Source: an uncultured Bacilli bacterium
GTDB taxonomy: Bacteria; Bacillota_I; Bacilli_A; RF39; UBA660
NCBI GenBank assembly: GCA_944350315.1
Contig: CALVON010000039.1
Coordinates: 48 to 64,047, forward strand
Length of the DNA: 64,000 bases
Direction: 5' to 3'
Position 1 is the first letter of the stretch. Each line of letters begins with the position of its first letter. Position numbers and translations under genes: made by a program. Under the pieces are notes generated by a model. That model searched no databases and was not told where the DNA came from. It worked only from the letters and a program-made list of their open reading frames with translations. Shown here in pieces: positions 31,676 through 40,655 of the stretch.

Positions 31676-32896
31676 ATGATAGTATTATCAGTAAATGCAG
31701 GAAGTTCATCTTTAAAGTTTCAAGTATTTGATATGCCAGACGAAAATGTTTTAATTTCTGGTAATTTTGAAAGAATTGGAATTAAAGATAGCTTCTATAC
31801 AATTAAATTAAATGGTGAAAAAATTAAAAAAGAAGTTGAATTAAAAAACCACGAGGTTGCTCTAGAGATTCTTATGGAAGAACTTATTGAAAATAAAATT
31901 GTTGAATCACTAGATGAAATTAAAGCAATTGGACATAGAATTGCTCAAGGTGGCCCATATTTTAGTAAAACAGAAGAAATGACTGATGAAAATATTAAGA
32001 AAGTTAGAGAATTATCTACATTAGCTCCTTTGCATAATCCTGCAGCAGTAAAAGGAATAAAAGCAGCTAAAACGGTAGTTCCAAACGCTCTACAAGCGGG
32101 GGCATTTGATACAGCATTTCATCAAACAATTGAAGAAGAAAATTTTATGTACCCTGTACCTTTTGAATGGTGTGAAAAGTATAATGTAAGAAAATATGGT
32201 TTTCACGGAACAAGTCATAAGTACGTCGCATATCGTATGAACGAAATTTTAGGCAGATATAATACAAAACTAATTACATGCCATATAGGAAATGGTGCGA
32301 GCATATCTGCAATTAAAGAAGGAATTTGTATTGATACTTCAATGGGATTAACTCCTAATTCAGGACTAATGATGGGAACACGTTGCGGAGATATTGATGC
32401 TACTGTTGTTACATACATGATGCAACAGCTAGATTGTACAGTTGAAGAAATAGAAAATATTTTAAATAAACAAAGTGGACTTTTAGGAATTAGTGGGGTA
32501 AGTGGCGATTCAAGAGATATTGAAGATGGTATGAAAATAGGTAATGCAAGATGCTCTTTAGCTCAAAAAATGTTTACCAATAGAATAATAGATTATATTG
32601 CAAAATATTATGTAGAGTTAGGTGGTTGTGATGCCATTGTCTTTACGGCTGGTATAGGTGAAAACTCAATTCATACTAGAAGAGAAGTTCTTGATGGGTT
32701 ATCAGCATTAGGAGTAAAAATAGATGAAGAAGCCAACGAATGTCGTGGCGTAGAAAGGTTAATTACAACCGAAGATTCTGCTATACCTTGCTATATCATT
32801 CCAACAAACGAAGAATTAATGATTGCAAGAGATACATATATGTTGTATCAAGAAAAAGAAAAAGAAAAAGAACTAATAGAAAATGAAGTTATTTAA
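31676..32896 (+). CDS. ackA: acetate kinase
   Basis: VLSVNAGSSSLKFQ, GFHGTSH, TCHIGNGASI motifs. Confidence 0.95.
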   Translation: MIVLSVNAGSSSLKFQVFDMPDENVLISGNFERIGIKDSFYTIKLNGEKIKKEVELKNHEVALEILMEELIENKIVESLDEIKAIGHRIAQGGPYFSKTEEMTDENIKKVRELSTLAPLHNPAAVKGIKAAKTVVPNALQAGAFDTAFHQTIEEENFMYPVPFEWCEKYNVRKYGFHGTSHKYVAYRMNEILGRYNTKLITCHIGNGASISAIKEGICIDTSMGLTPNSGLMMGTRCGDIDATVVTYMMQQLDCTVEEIENILNKQSGLLGISGVSGDSRDIEDGMKIGNARCSLAQKMFTNRIIDYIAKYYVELGGCDAIVFTAGIGENSIHTRREVLDGLSALGVKIDEEANECRGVERLITTEDSAIPCYIIPTNEELMIARDTYMLYQEKEKEKELIENEVI

Positions 32897-33836
32897 AGAA
32901 ATATTAAAAGAAATAAAAAAGTATGATAACATAATTATTGCAAGGCATATTGGTGCAGATCCTGATGCCCTAGGAAGTCAGTTTGCCCTAAAAGAATTAA
33001 TTCAATATAATTTTAAAGGCAAAACCGTCCATGCAGTTGGCTCAATAGCATCACGTTTTAGATTTATGGGTGATTTAGAAAAAATAGAAGAAATATCAAC
33101 TGAAAATTCATTACTAATTGTGCTAGATACTCCAGATAAAAAAAGAATTGAAGAAATTGGTGATTTATCTAATTACGAAAGTGTAATAAAAATAGATCAT
33201 CATCCTTTTGTAGAAAAATATGGCAATATTGAATACATTGAAGAAAGTAGTAGTACAAGTCAAATAATTTTTAAGTTTGCCCTTGAAAATAAATTAAAAT
33301 TAACAACAAAAATAGCAGAGAATATATATATAGGAATTGTTGGTGATACCGATCGCTTTTTACACGATTATACTACCAATGAAACTATGAGATTAGTAAG
33401 TAAACTCTTAGATATGACAAATATTGATTTTACGAAATTATATGAGCCACTTTATTCAAGACCAATATCGGAAGTAAAATTTGAAGGATATATTTATCAA
33501 AATTTAGTATTGACAGATAATAAAGTAGCATATATAAAATTAAAAGAAGAAGATATAAAAAGATTTGAAGTAGATTCAGCAGCAGCTGGAAATATGATAA
33601 ATGATTTAAAATTTGTCGAAGAAATCCTTGTATGGGCCTTTTTTTCAGAAGACATAAAAAATAAAATAATAAAAGCAAATATTCGCTCAAGGGGTCCAGT
33701 TATAAATGAAATTGCCGCTAAATATGGTGGCGGAGGACATATATATGCTTCCGGTGCTAGGTTAAAAACATGGGAAGAAGTAGAAAATTTATTAAATGAT
33801 CTTGATAAAGAAGCTGAAAAATATATTAACAAATAA
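32883..33836 (+). CDS. nrnA: DHH/DHHA1 phosphoesterase, NrnA-like nanoRNase/pAp phosphatase
   Basis: ARHIGADPDALGS, KIDHHPF and C-terminal GGGGHIYASGA motifs. Confidence 0.85.
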   Translation: MKLFKEILKEIKKYDNIIIARHIGADPDALGSQFALKELIQYNFKGKTVHAVGSIASRFRFMGDLEKIEEISTENSLLIVLDTPDKKRIEEIGDLSNYESVIKIDHHPFVEKYGNIEYIEESSSTSQIIFKFALENKLKLTTKIAENIYIGIVGDTDRFLHDYTTNETMRLVSKLLDMTNIDFTKLYEPLYSRPISEVKFEGYIYQNLVLTDNKVAYIKLKEEDIKRFEVDSAAAGNMINDLKFVEEILVWAFFSEDIKNKIIKANIRSRGPVINEIAAKYGGGGHIYASGARLKTWEEVENLLNDLDKEAEKYINK

Positions 33837-33877
33837 TTACTATTCTAAAATTCAAAGACAGTTAAAAGGTGATAGCA

Positions 33878-34264
33878 ATGAATAACTATATTCAAATATT
33901 AATTGAAATAATTATTGTTTTTACTTTAGTTTTTTTGCTTAATTATTTTCTTTTTGTAAGAAAAAATAAAAAATTAAAAAAAGACGATATGCCATTAGAG
34001 CTCTTTTATCTAGCAAATATATATAATATAGATCCAAAAAAAATTAATTTTCGTATGTTTCAATATACCTACAGTATAATAAATTCTTTCATAATAACAA
34101 CAACATATATGCTAGTAATATATTTAATTAAGTCAATGATAATTAAAGTAATTGTTGGAATAGTAATTTTAATTTTATTAATTATTATATGCTATGGTTT
34201 ATTGGGAAAATATTATAGTTATCAGCAGTTAAAATATAATGATAAAAAAAATAGCAAAAAATAG
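33878..34264 (+). CDS. small membrane protein
   Basis: Two or three hydrophobic segments. No family recognised. Confidence 0.45.
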   Translation: MNNYIQILIEIIIVFTLVFLLNYFLFVRKNKKLKKDDMPLELFYLANIYNIDPKKINFRMFQYTYSIINSFIITTTYMLVIYLIKSMIIKVIVGIVILILLIIICYGLLGKYYSYQQLKYNDKKNSKK

Positions 34265-34310
34265 TGCTATTTTTTTTTGTAATGCATATTTTAAATTGAG
34301 GAGTGATGTA

Positions 34311-34829
34311 ATGGCATACAAAGAAATAGTAACAAAAGCAGTTATTGGTAAGGGTAAGAAAAAATATCGTAATTCTTATCAAGTAACTACCGAACAAACC
34401 CCAACTACCATTCTTGGCTGTTGGATAATTAATCATAACTTTTCGGCTAAAGAAGTAGATGGAAAGATATTAATAGATGGCAGTTTTGATGTTAATATAT
34501 GGTATTCATACGATGCTGATACAAAAACGGCAGTTATTACTAAAAAAATAACTTATTCAGAAGAAGAAAAATTAAATATTGAGACAATGAATGTTGTTAA
34601 CAAAGATATCATAGTAAGAAGTTTAAAACAACCAACATGTATTTCTGCTAAAGAAGAAGGAAATGTTATAAATATTGAAATAGAAAAAGAATTAGGACTA
34701 GAAATAATTGGGGATACTAAAGTCAAAGTATCCTCTGTAGAAGAAGAAGATACATGGGATTTATTAGAAGACGAAAAAGAAATTGATAATATTAATCCAA
34801 AATATATAAATGAAGAGATAATAAAATAA
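34311..34829 (+). CDS. cotE: spore coat morphogenetic protein CotE
   Basis: The ATG at 34311 after GAGGAG gives MAYKEIVTKAVIGKGKKKY...ILGCWIINH...DVNIWYSYD.DTKT...LKQPTC...IGDTKV and an acidic tail with INP..I, collinear with B. subtilis CotE. Confidence 0.75.
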   Translation: MAYKEIVTKAVIGKGKKKYRNSYQVTTEQTPTTILGCWIINHNFSAKEVDGKILIDGSFDVNIWYSYDADTKTAVITKKITYSEEEKLNIETMNVVNKDIIVRSLKQPTCISAKEEGNVINIEIEKELGLEIIGDTKVKVSSVEEEDTWDLLEDEKEIDNINPKYINEEIIK

Positions 34830-34893
34830 ATCTCTTTTTTCTTGACTACTAATTACATTTTTTAGTATAATTAATAAAATAGGAGAGATAAGT

Positions 34894-35952
34894 ATGGAAG
34901 TAATTGATATAAATAATCAATACAATAAATTTTTATTAAATTTATTAAATAACAAAGATGATCATAAATTACCAGAATCAGATGAACTATTAAAAATAAA
35001 TATTTATCTATCCTTATTATCATTAAATAATCATAATTACCATAAAGAATATTTTATAAAAGAACAAGAGATAATTGATAAATTTTTAAGAAAAGTCAAC
35101 AATTTAAAAGTAAAAATTCAGCTAAAAAGAAAAGAACCAGAAATATCTAAAGTGATTGAAGAAATTGATACAATGTATGATGAATATAATAAAATTATAA
35201 ACAAATATAATAAAGAAAATGATGATATTAAAAATATCATTAGTACAAAAGACCCTAAAAAAATAACCAATTTAATTGATAAACTAACAAAAGTAAAATT
35301 TTACAAAGAAAATAATAAAGAAAATTCAGAAGAACAAAGAGCATTTGTTGAAGAAAACATTTTTAATAGTGAATATTATATAGAAAATAGTACCTTATAT
35401 GTAAAGACAGATAATGAAGAAAGAATGATCCCATTAGAAGAATTTTATGAAATTTTTGATTACCTATTAGAAATTGATAACTACAATCAAGTGTTTTTAA
35501 ATAATAAGGAGAATCGAGAACACATAATAATTATTAGTGAATTAATAAAATTAATTACTGAAAATATTTTAACAAAAGAAATTTCTAAAAGACAACTTGT
35601 ACCAATTATATTGACTCATGTGTTATCTAAAAATATCATCAATCTAAATAAAATTGATACAAGTAACTTTAAAATAGATAACATTAAAATTACAGATTTA
35701 TATTCTTTTGTTAATAATAATCAATCATTAGAAACAAAATCAGCTAAATGGAACAAGATAGTAATTCCTAATCAGTATTTATATGACAAAATAAAAGACT
35801 TAATACAAAGAGGAATGTACTATTATCAAGAAGATAATTTTACTTTAGAAAATATTGAAAACAAAACAAGCGATTTTAAGATAAGTATTAAATTAACTGA
35901 AATGACAAAACTTTTAAACGAAATTATTCTTGACTATTTAGAATCATACTAA
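34894..35952 (+). CDS. hypothetical K/N/E-rich protein
   Basis: 352-aa ORF with a GGAGAG RBS. No signal peptide and no motif. Confidence 0.45.
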   Translation: MEVIDINNQYNKFLLNLLNNKDDHKLPESDELLKINIYLSLLSLNNHNYHKEYFIKEQEIIDKFLRKVNNLKVKIQLKRKEPEISKVIEEIDTMYDEYNKIINKYNKENDDIKNIISTKDPKKITNLIDKLTKVKFYKENNKENSEEQRAFVEENIFNSEYYIENSTLYVKTDNEERMIPLEEFYEIFDYLLEIDNYNQVFLNNKENREHIIIISELIKLITENILTKEISKRQLVPIILTHVLSKNIINLNKIDTSNFKIDNIKITDLYSFVNNNQSLETKSAKWNKIVIPNQYLYDKIKDLIQRGMYYYQEDNFTLENIENKTSDFKISIKLTEMTKLLNEIILDYLESY

Positions 35953-36056
35953 AAGCATCTTAAATGGTGCTTTTTTTAGTCACAAAATAAATAAAAAATT
36001 GTAAACAAAGAATTATCAAATATATGCTATAATTATAATATATATGGAGGAATACT

Positions 36057-38054
36057 ATGGATGAATTAGAACAAATTGAAGGCATTGGCCCCAAAACAAA
36101 AGAACTATTAGCAAAATTAAAAATATTTACAATAGCTGATTTATTAAATTATTATCCTTTTAGATATGAAATTTTAAAAAGAAGTTCTTTAGAAGAATTA
36201 AAAGATGGCGAAAAAATAATTATTGATGGCCAAATAGAAGGACTGCCAACAATAATATATATATCCTCAAAATTAAACAAAATTATATTGAGAATAAATA
36301 CCAATAAAGTTATTTTAAATATTACCATTTATAATAGACCATATCTAATTAATAAATTAAAATCAGGGAATTATATAACAGTTATTGGAAAATATGACAA
36401 AAATAAAAATTCTATTATTGCCAATGACATTATGCTAGAAAAATTGCCACTAAACCCCAGAATTGAAAGTATTTACTATACTACCACTGGTTTACCTAGG
36501 AAAAACATTTCAAAATTTATTACTAATGCAATTATGAATGGTTATCACTTACCTGAAATGTTACCACAATATATAATTGAGAAATATAATTTAATGAAAA
36601 AAAATGAGGCAATCATAGAAATTCATAATCCTAAAGATATCTTATCACTAAAAAAAGCACGACAGAGATTAAAGTATGAAGAGCTATTTTTGTATTTACT
36701 TAAAATTAATTATTTAAAAGAAAAAAATTTAAAAGAAAAAGAAGCCATTTGCAGAAACATAGACAAAGAAAAAATTTCTAGTATCATAAAAAAACTTCCA
36801 TATGAATTAACAGTTGATCAAAAAGAATGCCTAAATGAAATATTAATAGATTTATCAAGTGAAAAACGAATGAATCGCTTACTTCAAGGAGATGTAGGAT
36901 GCGGGAAGACTATTGTTGCACTACTTGCTTCATATGCTAATTATTTATCAAACCATCAAACAGCAATAATGGTTCCAACAGAAATCTTAGCTAATCAACA
37001 TTACGAACAAGCAAAAGAATTGTTTTCTGATACACCAATGAACATTAAATTACTAACATCAAATATAACAAAAAAAGATAAAGAAAATATATATAAAGGT
37101 TTATCAGAAGGAAACATAGATTTAATAATTGGAACTCAAAGCCTAATTCAAAAAGATGTTGTTTTTCATAATTTAGGATTAATTATAACAGATGAACAAC
37201 ATCGCTTCGGTGTAAATCAACGAACAACTTTAAAAAATAAAGGAATAAAACCAGACGTTCTTTCTATGAGTGCAACTCCAATTCCTAGAACATACGCCCT
37301 AACGATTTATGGAGACATGGATGTATCTAGCATAAAAACAAAGCCAGTAGGAAGAAAAGAAGTTATAACTTATTTTAAAAAGGAACAAGAAATAACTAGT
37401 GTGCTAGAACTCATGAAAAAACAAATTGATGCTCATCATCAAATATATGTTATTGCTCCGATGATAGATGATGATAATGAAGAACTATCAAATGTCAAAA
37501 CTTTAGAAGAAAAAATGAAAAAGGCCTTTGGAAAGATATGTAAAATAGCATCAATTCATGGAAAATTAGAAAATACCGAAAAAAATAAAATTATGAAATC
37601 TTATGAACAAGGAAATATAGATATCCTTATTTCTACTACAATAATAGAAGTAGGAGTAAATGTTCCAAATGCCAGTATGATTGTAATTTTTGATGCTAAT
37701 TTATTTGGACTATCTACAATTCATCAATTAAGAGGTAGAGTAGGGAGAAGTGACATCCAAAGCTATTGCATTTTAATAGCCAAAGATTATTATGAACGCT
37801 TAAAAATGCTAGAAAATTGTTCAGATGGTTTTGAAATAAGTGAATATGATTTTAAAAATCGTGGCGAAGGAGATTTATTTGGAATGAGGCAAAGTGGGGA
37901 AATTGGCCTAAAACTAGCAAATGTAAAAAAAGACTTTCAAATGCTCCTAAAGGCTAGAGAAGATGTCATAGAATTTTTACCAAAACTAATTTCTTCACCG
38001 CAAGAATATCAAGAAATAACTATGGAATTAAAAAAAATATATGATTTAGATTAA
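36057..38054 (+). CDS. recG: ATP-dependent DNA helicase RecG
   Basis: 665 aa. Wedge domain, Walker A GDVGCGKT, DEQHRFG, QLRGRVGR. Confidence 0.93.
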   Translation: MDELEQIEGIGPKTKELLAKLKIFTIADLLNYYPFRYEILKRSSLEELKDGEKIIIDGQIEGLPTIIYISSKLNKIILRINTNKVILNITIYNRPYLINKLKSGNYITVIGKYDKNKNSIIANDIMLEKLPLNPRIESIYYTTTGLPRKNISKFITNAIMNGYHLPEMLPQYIIEKYNLMKKNEAIIEIHNPKDILSLKKARQRLKYEELFLYLLKINYLKEKNLKEKEAICRNIDKEKISSIIKKLPYELTVDQKECLNEILIDLSSEKRMNRLLQGDVGCGKTIVALLASYANYLSNHQTAIMVPTEILANQHYEQAKELFSDTPMNIKLLTSNITKKDKENIYKGLSEGNIDLIIGTQSLIQKDVVFHNLGLIITDEQHRFGVNQRTTLKNKGIKPDVLSMSATPIPRTYALTIYGDMDVSSIKTKPVGRKEVITYFKKEQEITSVLELMKKQIDAHHQIYVIAPMIDDDNEELSNVKTLEEKMKKAFGKICKIASIHGKLENTEKNKIMKSYEQGNIDILISTTIIEVGVNVPNASMIVIFDANLFGLSTIHQLRGRVGRSDIQSYCILIAKDYYERLKMLENCSDGFEISEYDFKNRGEGDLFGMRQSGEIGLKLANVKKDFQMLLKAREDVIEFLPKLISSPQEYQEITMELKKIYDLD

Positions 38055-38058
38055 AAAA

Positions 38059-38087
38059 ACAAATAAGCATATTAAATACTTATTTGT
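38059..38087. terminator. bidirectional terminator between convergent genes
   Basis: ACAAATAAG-(11 nt)-CTTATTTGT, flanked by an A-run upstream. Confidence 0.5.
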
Positions 38088-38113
38088 CAATATGAATTCC
38101 CGTTATATTATTA

Positions 38114-38635
38114 TTAGGTAATAATTTTAACAGATACAAAGACAACCATCGCCATAAAAACTAATAGTAGTAAAAGAAATAACCAAATCGGCATATTAGC
38201 AATTCTAAAAAAGCCATCCTTATTCATACTGTTTAATAAATTAATTTTAAACATATCCAAATCTTTATGAGATTTAGATACCATAACCCCTTTATAAGTA
38301 GTCAATTCTTTTTGATGTCCTTCCGTAAGAATATCTTCAGGAGTAAGTGTCTCTAACATAACTATTTTTTGTTCTAAATAGACAGAATAGTGAAGAGTGA
38401 TGTTCCCATGAACCATAACAAAAGTTTTATCAGTTGGAATAGTTAATTCATATTTATCAATCATATCTTTTTCATTAGAAGAAACTAATACTCCCTTAAA
38501 AACACCATCTCTTAAACTAGGATAATAATCAAAAAGAAGCTTTTTATATGCTAACATATTATATTTTTTTATAGCTCTTTCCTTTTTCTTAAATTCATTT
38601 TCATTTACATATTCAATAATATAACTACTTTTCAT
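38114..38635 (-). CDS. hypothetical tail-anchored membrane protein
   Basis: 173 aa with a single C-terminal TM (IWLFLLLLLVFMAMVVFVSV). Confidence 0.5.
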   Translation of the reverse strand: MKSSYIIEYVNENEFKKKERAIKKYNMLAYKKLLFDYYPSLRDGVFKGVLVSSNEKDMIDKYELTIPTDKTFVMVHGNITLHYSVYLEQKIVMLETLTPEDILTEGHQKELTTYKGVMVSKSHKDLDMFKINLLNSMNKDGFFRIANMPIWLFLLLLLVFMAMVVFVSVKIIT

Positions 38636-38686
38636 ATTTTCACCTAAAATAATTATATCACATATTTTTAATTTTGGTATTATAAA

Positions 38687-38878
38687 TTAATAAAATCCTG
38701 GATATGGTGGGTACGGACGATAAGGAGGTACAGGTACAGGTACTGGATATGGTCTTGGATAAAAAGAAGGAGCTAGCAAGCCACCAGTAATTCCGCCAAG
38801 AATAAATGGCCCAAAAAATCCACCACCGATAAAACGATCACCAGTATTTACTGGCATTCTATTTCTCATTAAATACAT
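38687..38878 (-). CDS. small Gly/Pro/Tyr-rich protein (spore-coat-like composition)
   Basis: 63 aa: GGGFFGPFILGGITGG, then YPRPYPVPVPVPPYRPYPPYPGFY. Confidence 0.5.
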   Translation of the reverse strand: MYLMRNRMPVNTGDRFIGGGFFGPFILGGITGGLLAPSFYPRPYPVPVPVPPYRPYPPYPGFY

Positions 38879-38945
38879 ACTTCACAACCTTTCATAATAT
38901 TATATTACAAATTATCAAATGTGTTATTAACTAATAAAAAAAAGA

Positions 38946-39494
38946 TTATATTTCTCGCATATAATCTTTATTTTTAAAAGGATCGTTTGGATCTATGTGA
39001 TCAAAAAACAAAATTCCATTTAAATGATCCATTTCATGCTGAAAAGCAATTGATAATTCTTCTCTTGCCCTATACTTAACTAAATTACCATCAACATCAT
39101 ATCCCACAAAAGTAACTCTAGCATATCGTGGTACAATTCCACAAACATCTCTATTTACACTAAGACAACCTTCACCCTCAGAAGCATATATTAATTCTTC
39201 AGAATTAGAAATCATTTTAGGATTTATTAAAACATAATTTTTAAACTTGTTTTCTTCTTCCTCATGACAGATAACAAAAAAGTTCTCGTTAATTCCCACC
39301 TGTGGAGCAGCTAAACCCATTCCAGGACGCAAATTATATTTTTTAGCATATTTTTCTACTTGGGAATAATATAGATGTTCTAACATATCATTAATTAATT
39401 TTTTTCTCTCATCGCTAAGTGGAAAAACAACATCCTTGTTATGAGCTCTCAATCTTTTATCCTTTTCATCCAATATATCAGAAGTCTTTAACAT
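38946..39494 (-). CDS. def: peptide deformylase
   Basis: GLAAPQ, EGCLS and HEMDH motifs. The ATG at 39494 follows GAAGGG. Confidence 0.93.
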   Translation of the reverse strand: MLKTSDILDEKDKRLRAHNKDVVFPLSDERKKLINDMLEHLYYSQVEKYAKKYNLRPGMGLAAPQVGINENFFVICHEEEENKFKNYVLINPKMISNSEELIYASEGEGCLSVNRDVCGIVPRYARVTFVGYDVDGNLVKYRAREELSIAFQHEMDHLNGILFFDHIDPNDPFKNKDYMREI

Positions 39495-39531
39495 AAATAT
39501 CCCTTCTTTCACGAGTAGTATTTTACCACAA

Positions 39532-39558
39532 AATAAAAAAAAAGGGAAGATGTTCCCT
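39532..39558 (-). terminator. rho-independent terminator (minus strand)
   Basis: On the minus strand: AGGGAA-catc-TTCCCT followed by a T-run. Confidence 0.6.
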
Positions 39559-39571
39559 AATTTAATTAGAT

Positions 39572-39772
39572 TTAAGCAGTAACAAAAGAACGAGATCCGA
39601 TAATAATAACTAATAATATAAATAATACTAATACTATTGCTGCTCCAGAACCATATCCATATCCCATTCCGTATCCTCCATACATAGGGTATGATGAGTA
39701 TCCAGAATAATAAGAATTATTTCCACAACCGCAACTACTATTATTGCCAGAATATCCTCCATAATAATACAT
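39572..39772 (-). CDS. YjcZ-like small sporulation protein
   Basis: 66 aa. A Gly/Tyr/Ser/Cys-rich N-terminus is followed by AAIVLVLFILLVIIIG, the architecture of the YjcZ family. Confidence 0.6.
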   Translation of the reverse strand: MYYYGGYSGNNSSCGCGNNSYYSGYSSYPMYGGYGMGYGYGSGAAIVLVLFILLVIIIGSRSFVTA

Positions 39773-39918
39773 AATATTACCTCCTTTTCGTATCTATTAT
39801 AGTTTACTCAAAAGAAAAACAACTGTTCCTTTCTTTTGCCTATATTAAAATAATATTTTCAAAATAATTTCTATTTACAGCTAAATATGATATAATAAAA
39901 TAAAAATAGAGGTGTGAA

Positions 39919-40623
39919 ATGGATTATTTAGATTTTACGATAGGATTATTAGTATGTTTTTTACTTAGTTTTGCCTTAGGATTAGAAAGACAATTTAGAA
40001 AAAAATTTTTAGGGTTAAGAACTATGATTTTAGTATCAATTGGCTCATATATGTTTGTAAGTTTTTCATTTTTAGTTAGTAATTATCAAATAGATATAAC
40101 TAGAATTGCTTCACAAGTAGTAGCAGGTATTGGTTTCTTAGGAGCAGGCGTAATAATTAAAGATAATGAAAAAAATCGTGTTAGAGGCTTAACAACAGCT
40201 GCGACATTGTGGTGTGGAGCTGGAGTTGGTATTCTTTGCGCTGGAGGTTTTATTTTAGAAGCAGTAATATCATCAGCATTTGTCTTGTTCGCAAATATTA
40301 TATTACGTTATGTTAATTCACTTGTAAACGATATGGTAGAAAATATGAATGTTTCAGAAACATTTAATGTCATAATAAATACAGATGAAACAAATAAAAT
40401 TATGGAATATATCGTTGATAGTCTAGCTAAAGATAATTATTTATCCGGAAACAACTATAAAATAAATGAAAATAAAATTGTTTTTGATATTATAACTAAA
40501 AAACCAGAAGAAAAAAAAGTCGATAAATTTATTGTAAAATTGACAAAAATATTTAAAATATCAAAGTATGAATATAAAAAAATAGCAGAAGTTAAAATAG
40601 AATCAGAAACAGACGAATTATAA
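39919..40623 (+). CDS. MgtC/SapB family membrane protein
   Basis: GLERQFRKK..GLRT..LVS.GS motif, four to five TM segments and a soluble C-terminal domain. Confidence 0.8.
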   Translation: MDYLDFTIGLLVCFLLSFALGLERQFRKKFLGLRTMILVSIGSYMFVSFSFLVSNYQIDITRIASQVVAGIGFLGAGVIIKDNEKNRVRGLTTAATLWCGAGVGILCAGGFILEAVISSAFVLFANIILRYVNSLVNDMVENMNVSETFNVIINTDETNKIMEYIVDSLAKDNYLSGNNYKINENKIVFDIITKKPEEKKVDKFIVKLTKIFKISKYEYKKIAEVKIESETDEL

Positions 40624-40624
40624 A

Positions 40625-40655
40625 ACCCAGTAAACTATTTACTGGGTCTTTTTTT
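40625..40655. terminator. terminator hairpin shared by convergent genes
   Basis: ACCCAGTAAA-cta-TTTACTGGGT, then T7. Overlaps the last codons of the minus-strand ATPase gene. Confidence 0.7.

Noticed and set aside
33430-33832. Two overlapping minus-strand ORFs (86 and 111 aa) inside nrnA
   Set aside because: They are antisense to a CDS with intact DHH and GGGH motifs, and their composition is typical of shadow frames.
39773-39918. Possible Mg2+ (M-box) riboswitch upstream of the mgtC-like gene
   Set aside because: The intergenic region is only about 146 nt, almost entirely A/T, and must also hold the divergent promoter of the YjcZ-like gene. It has no conserved M-box helices.
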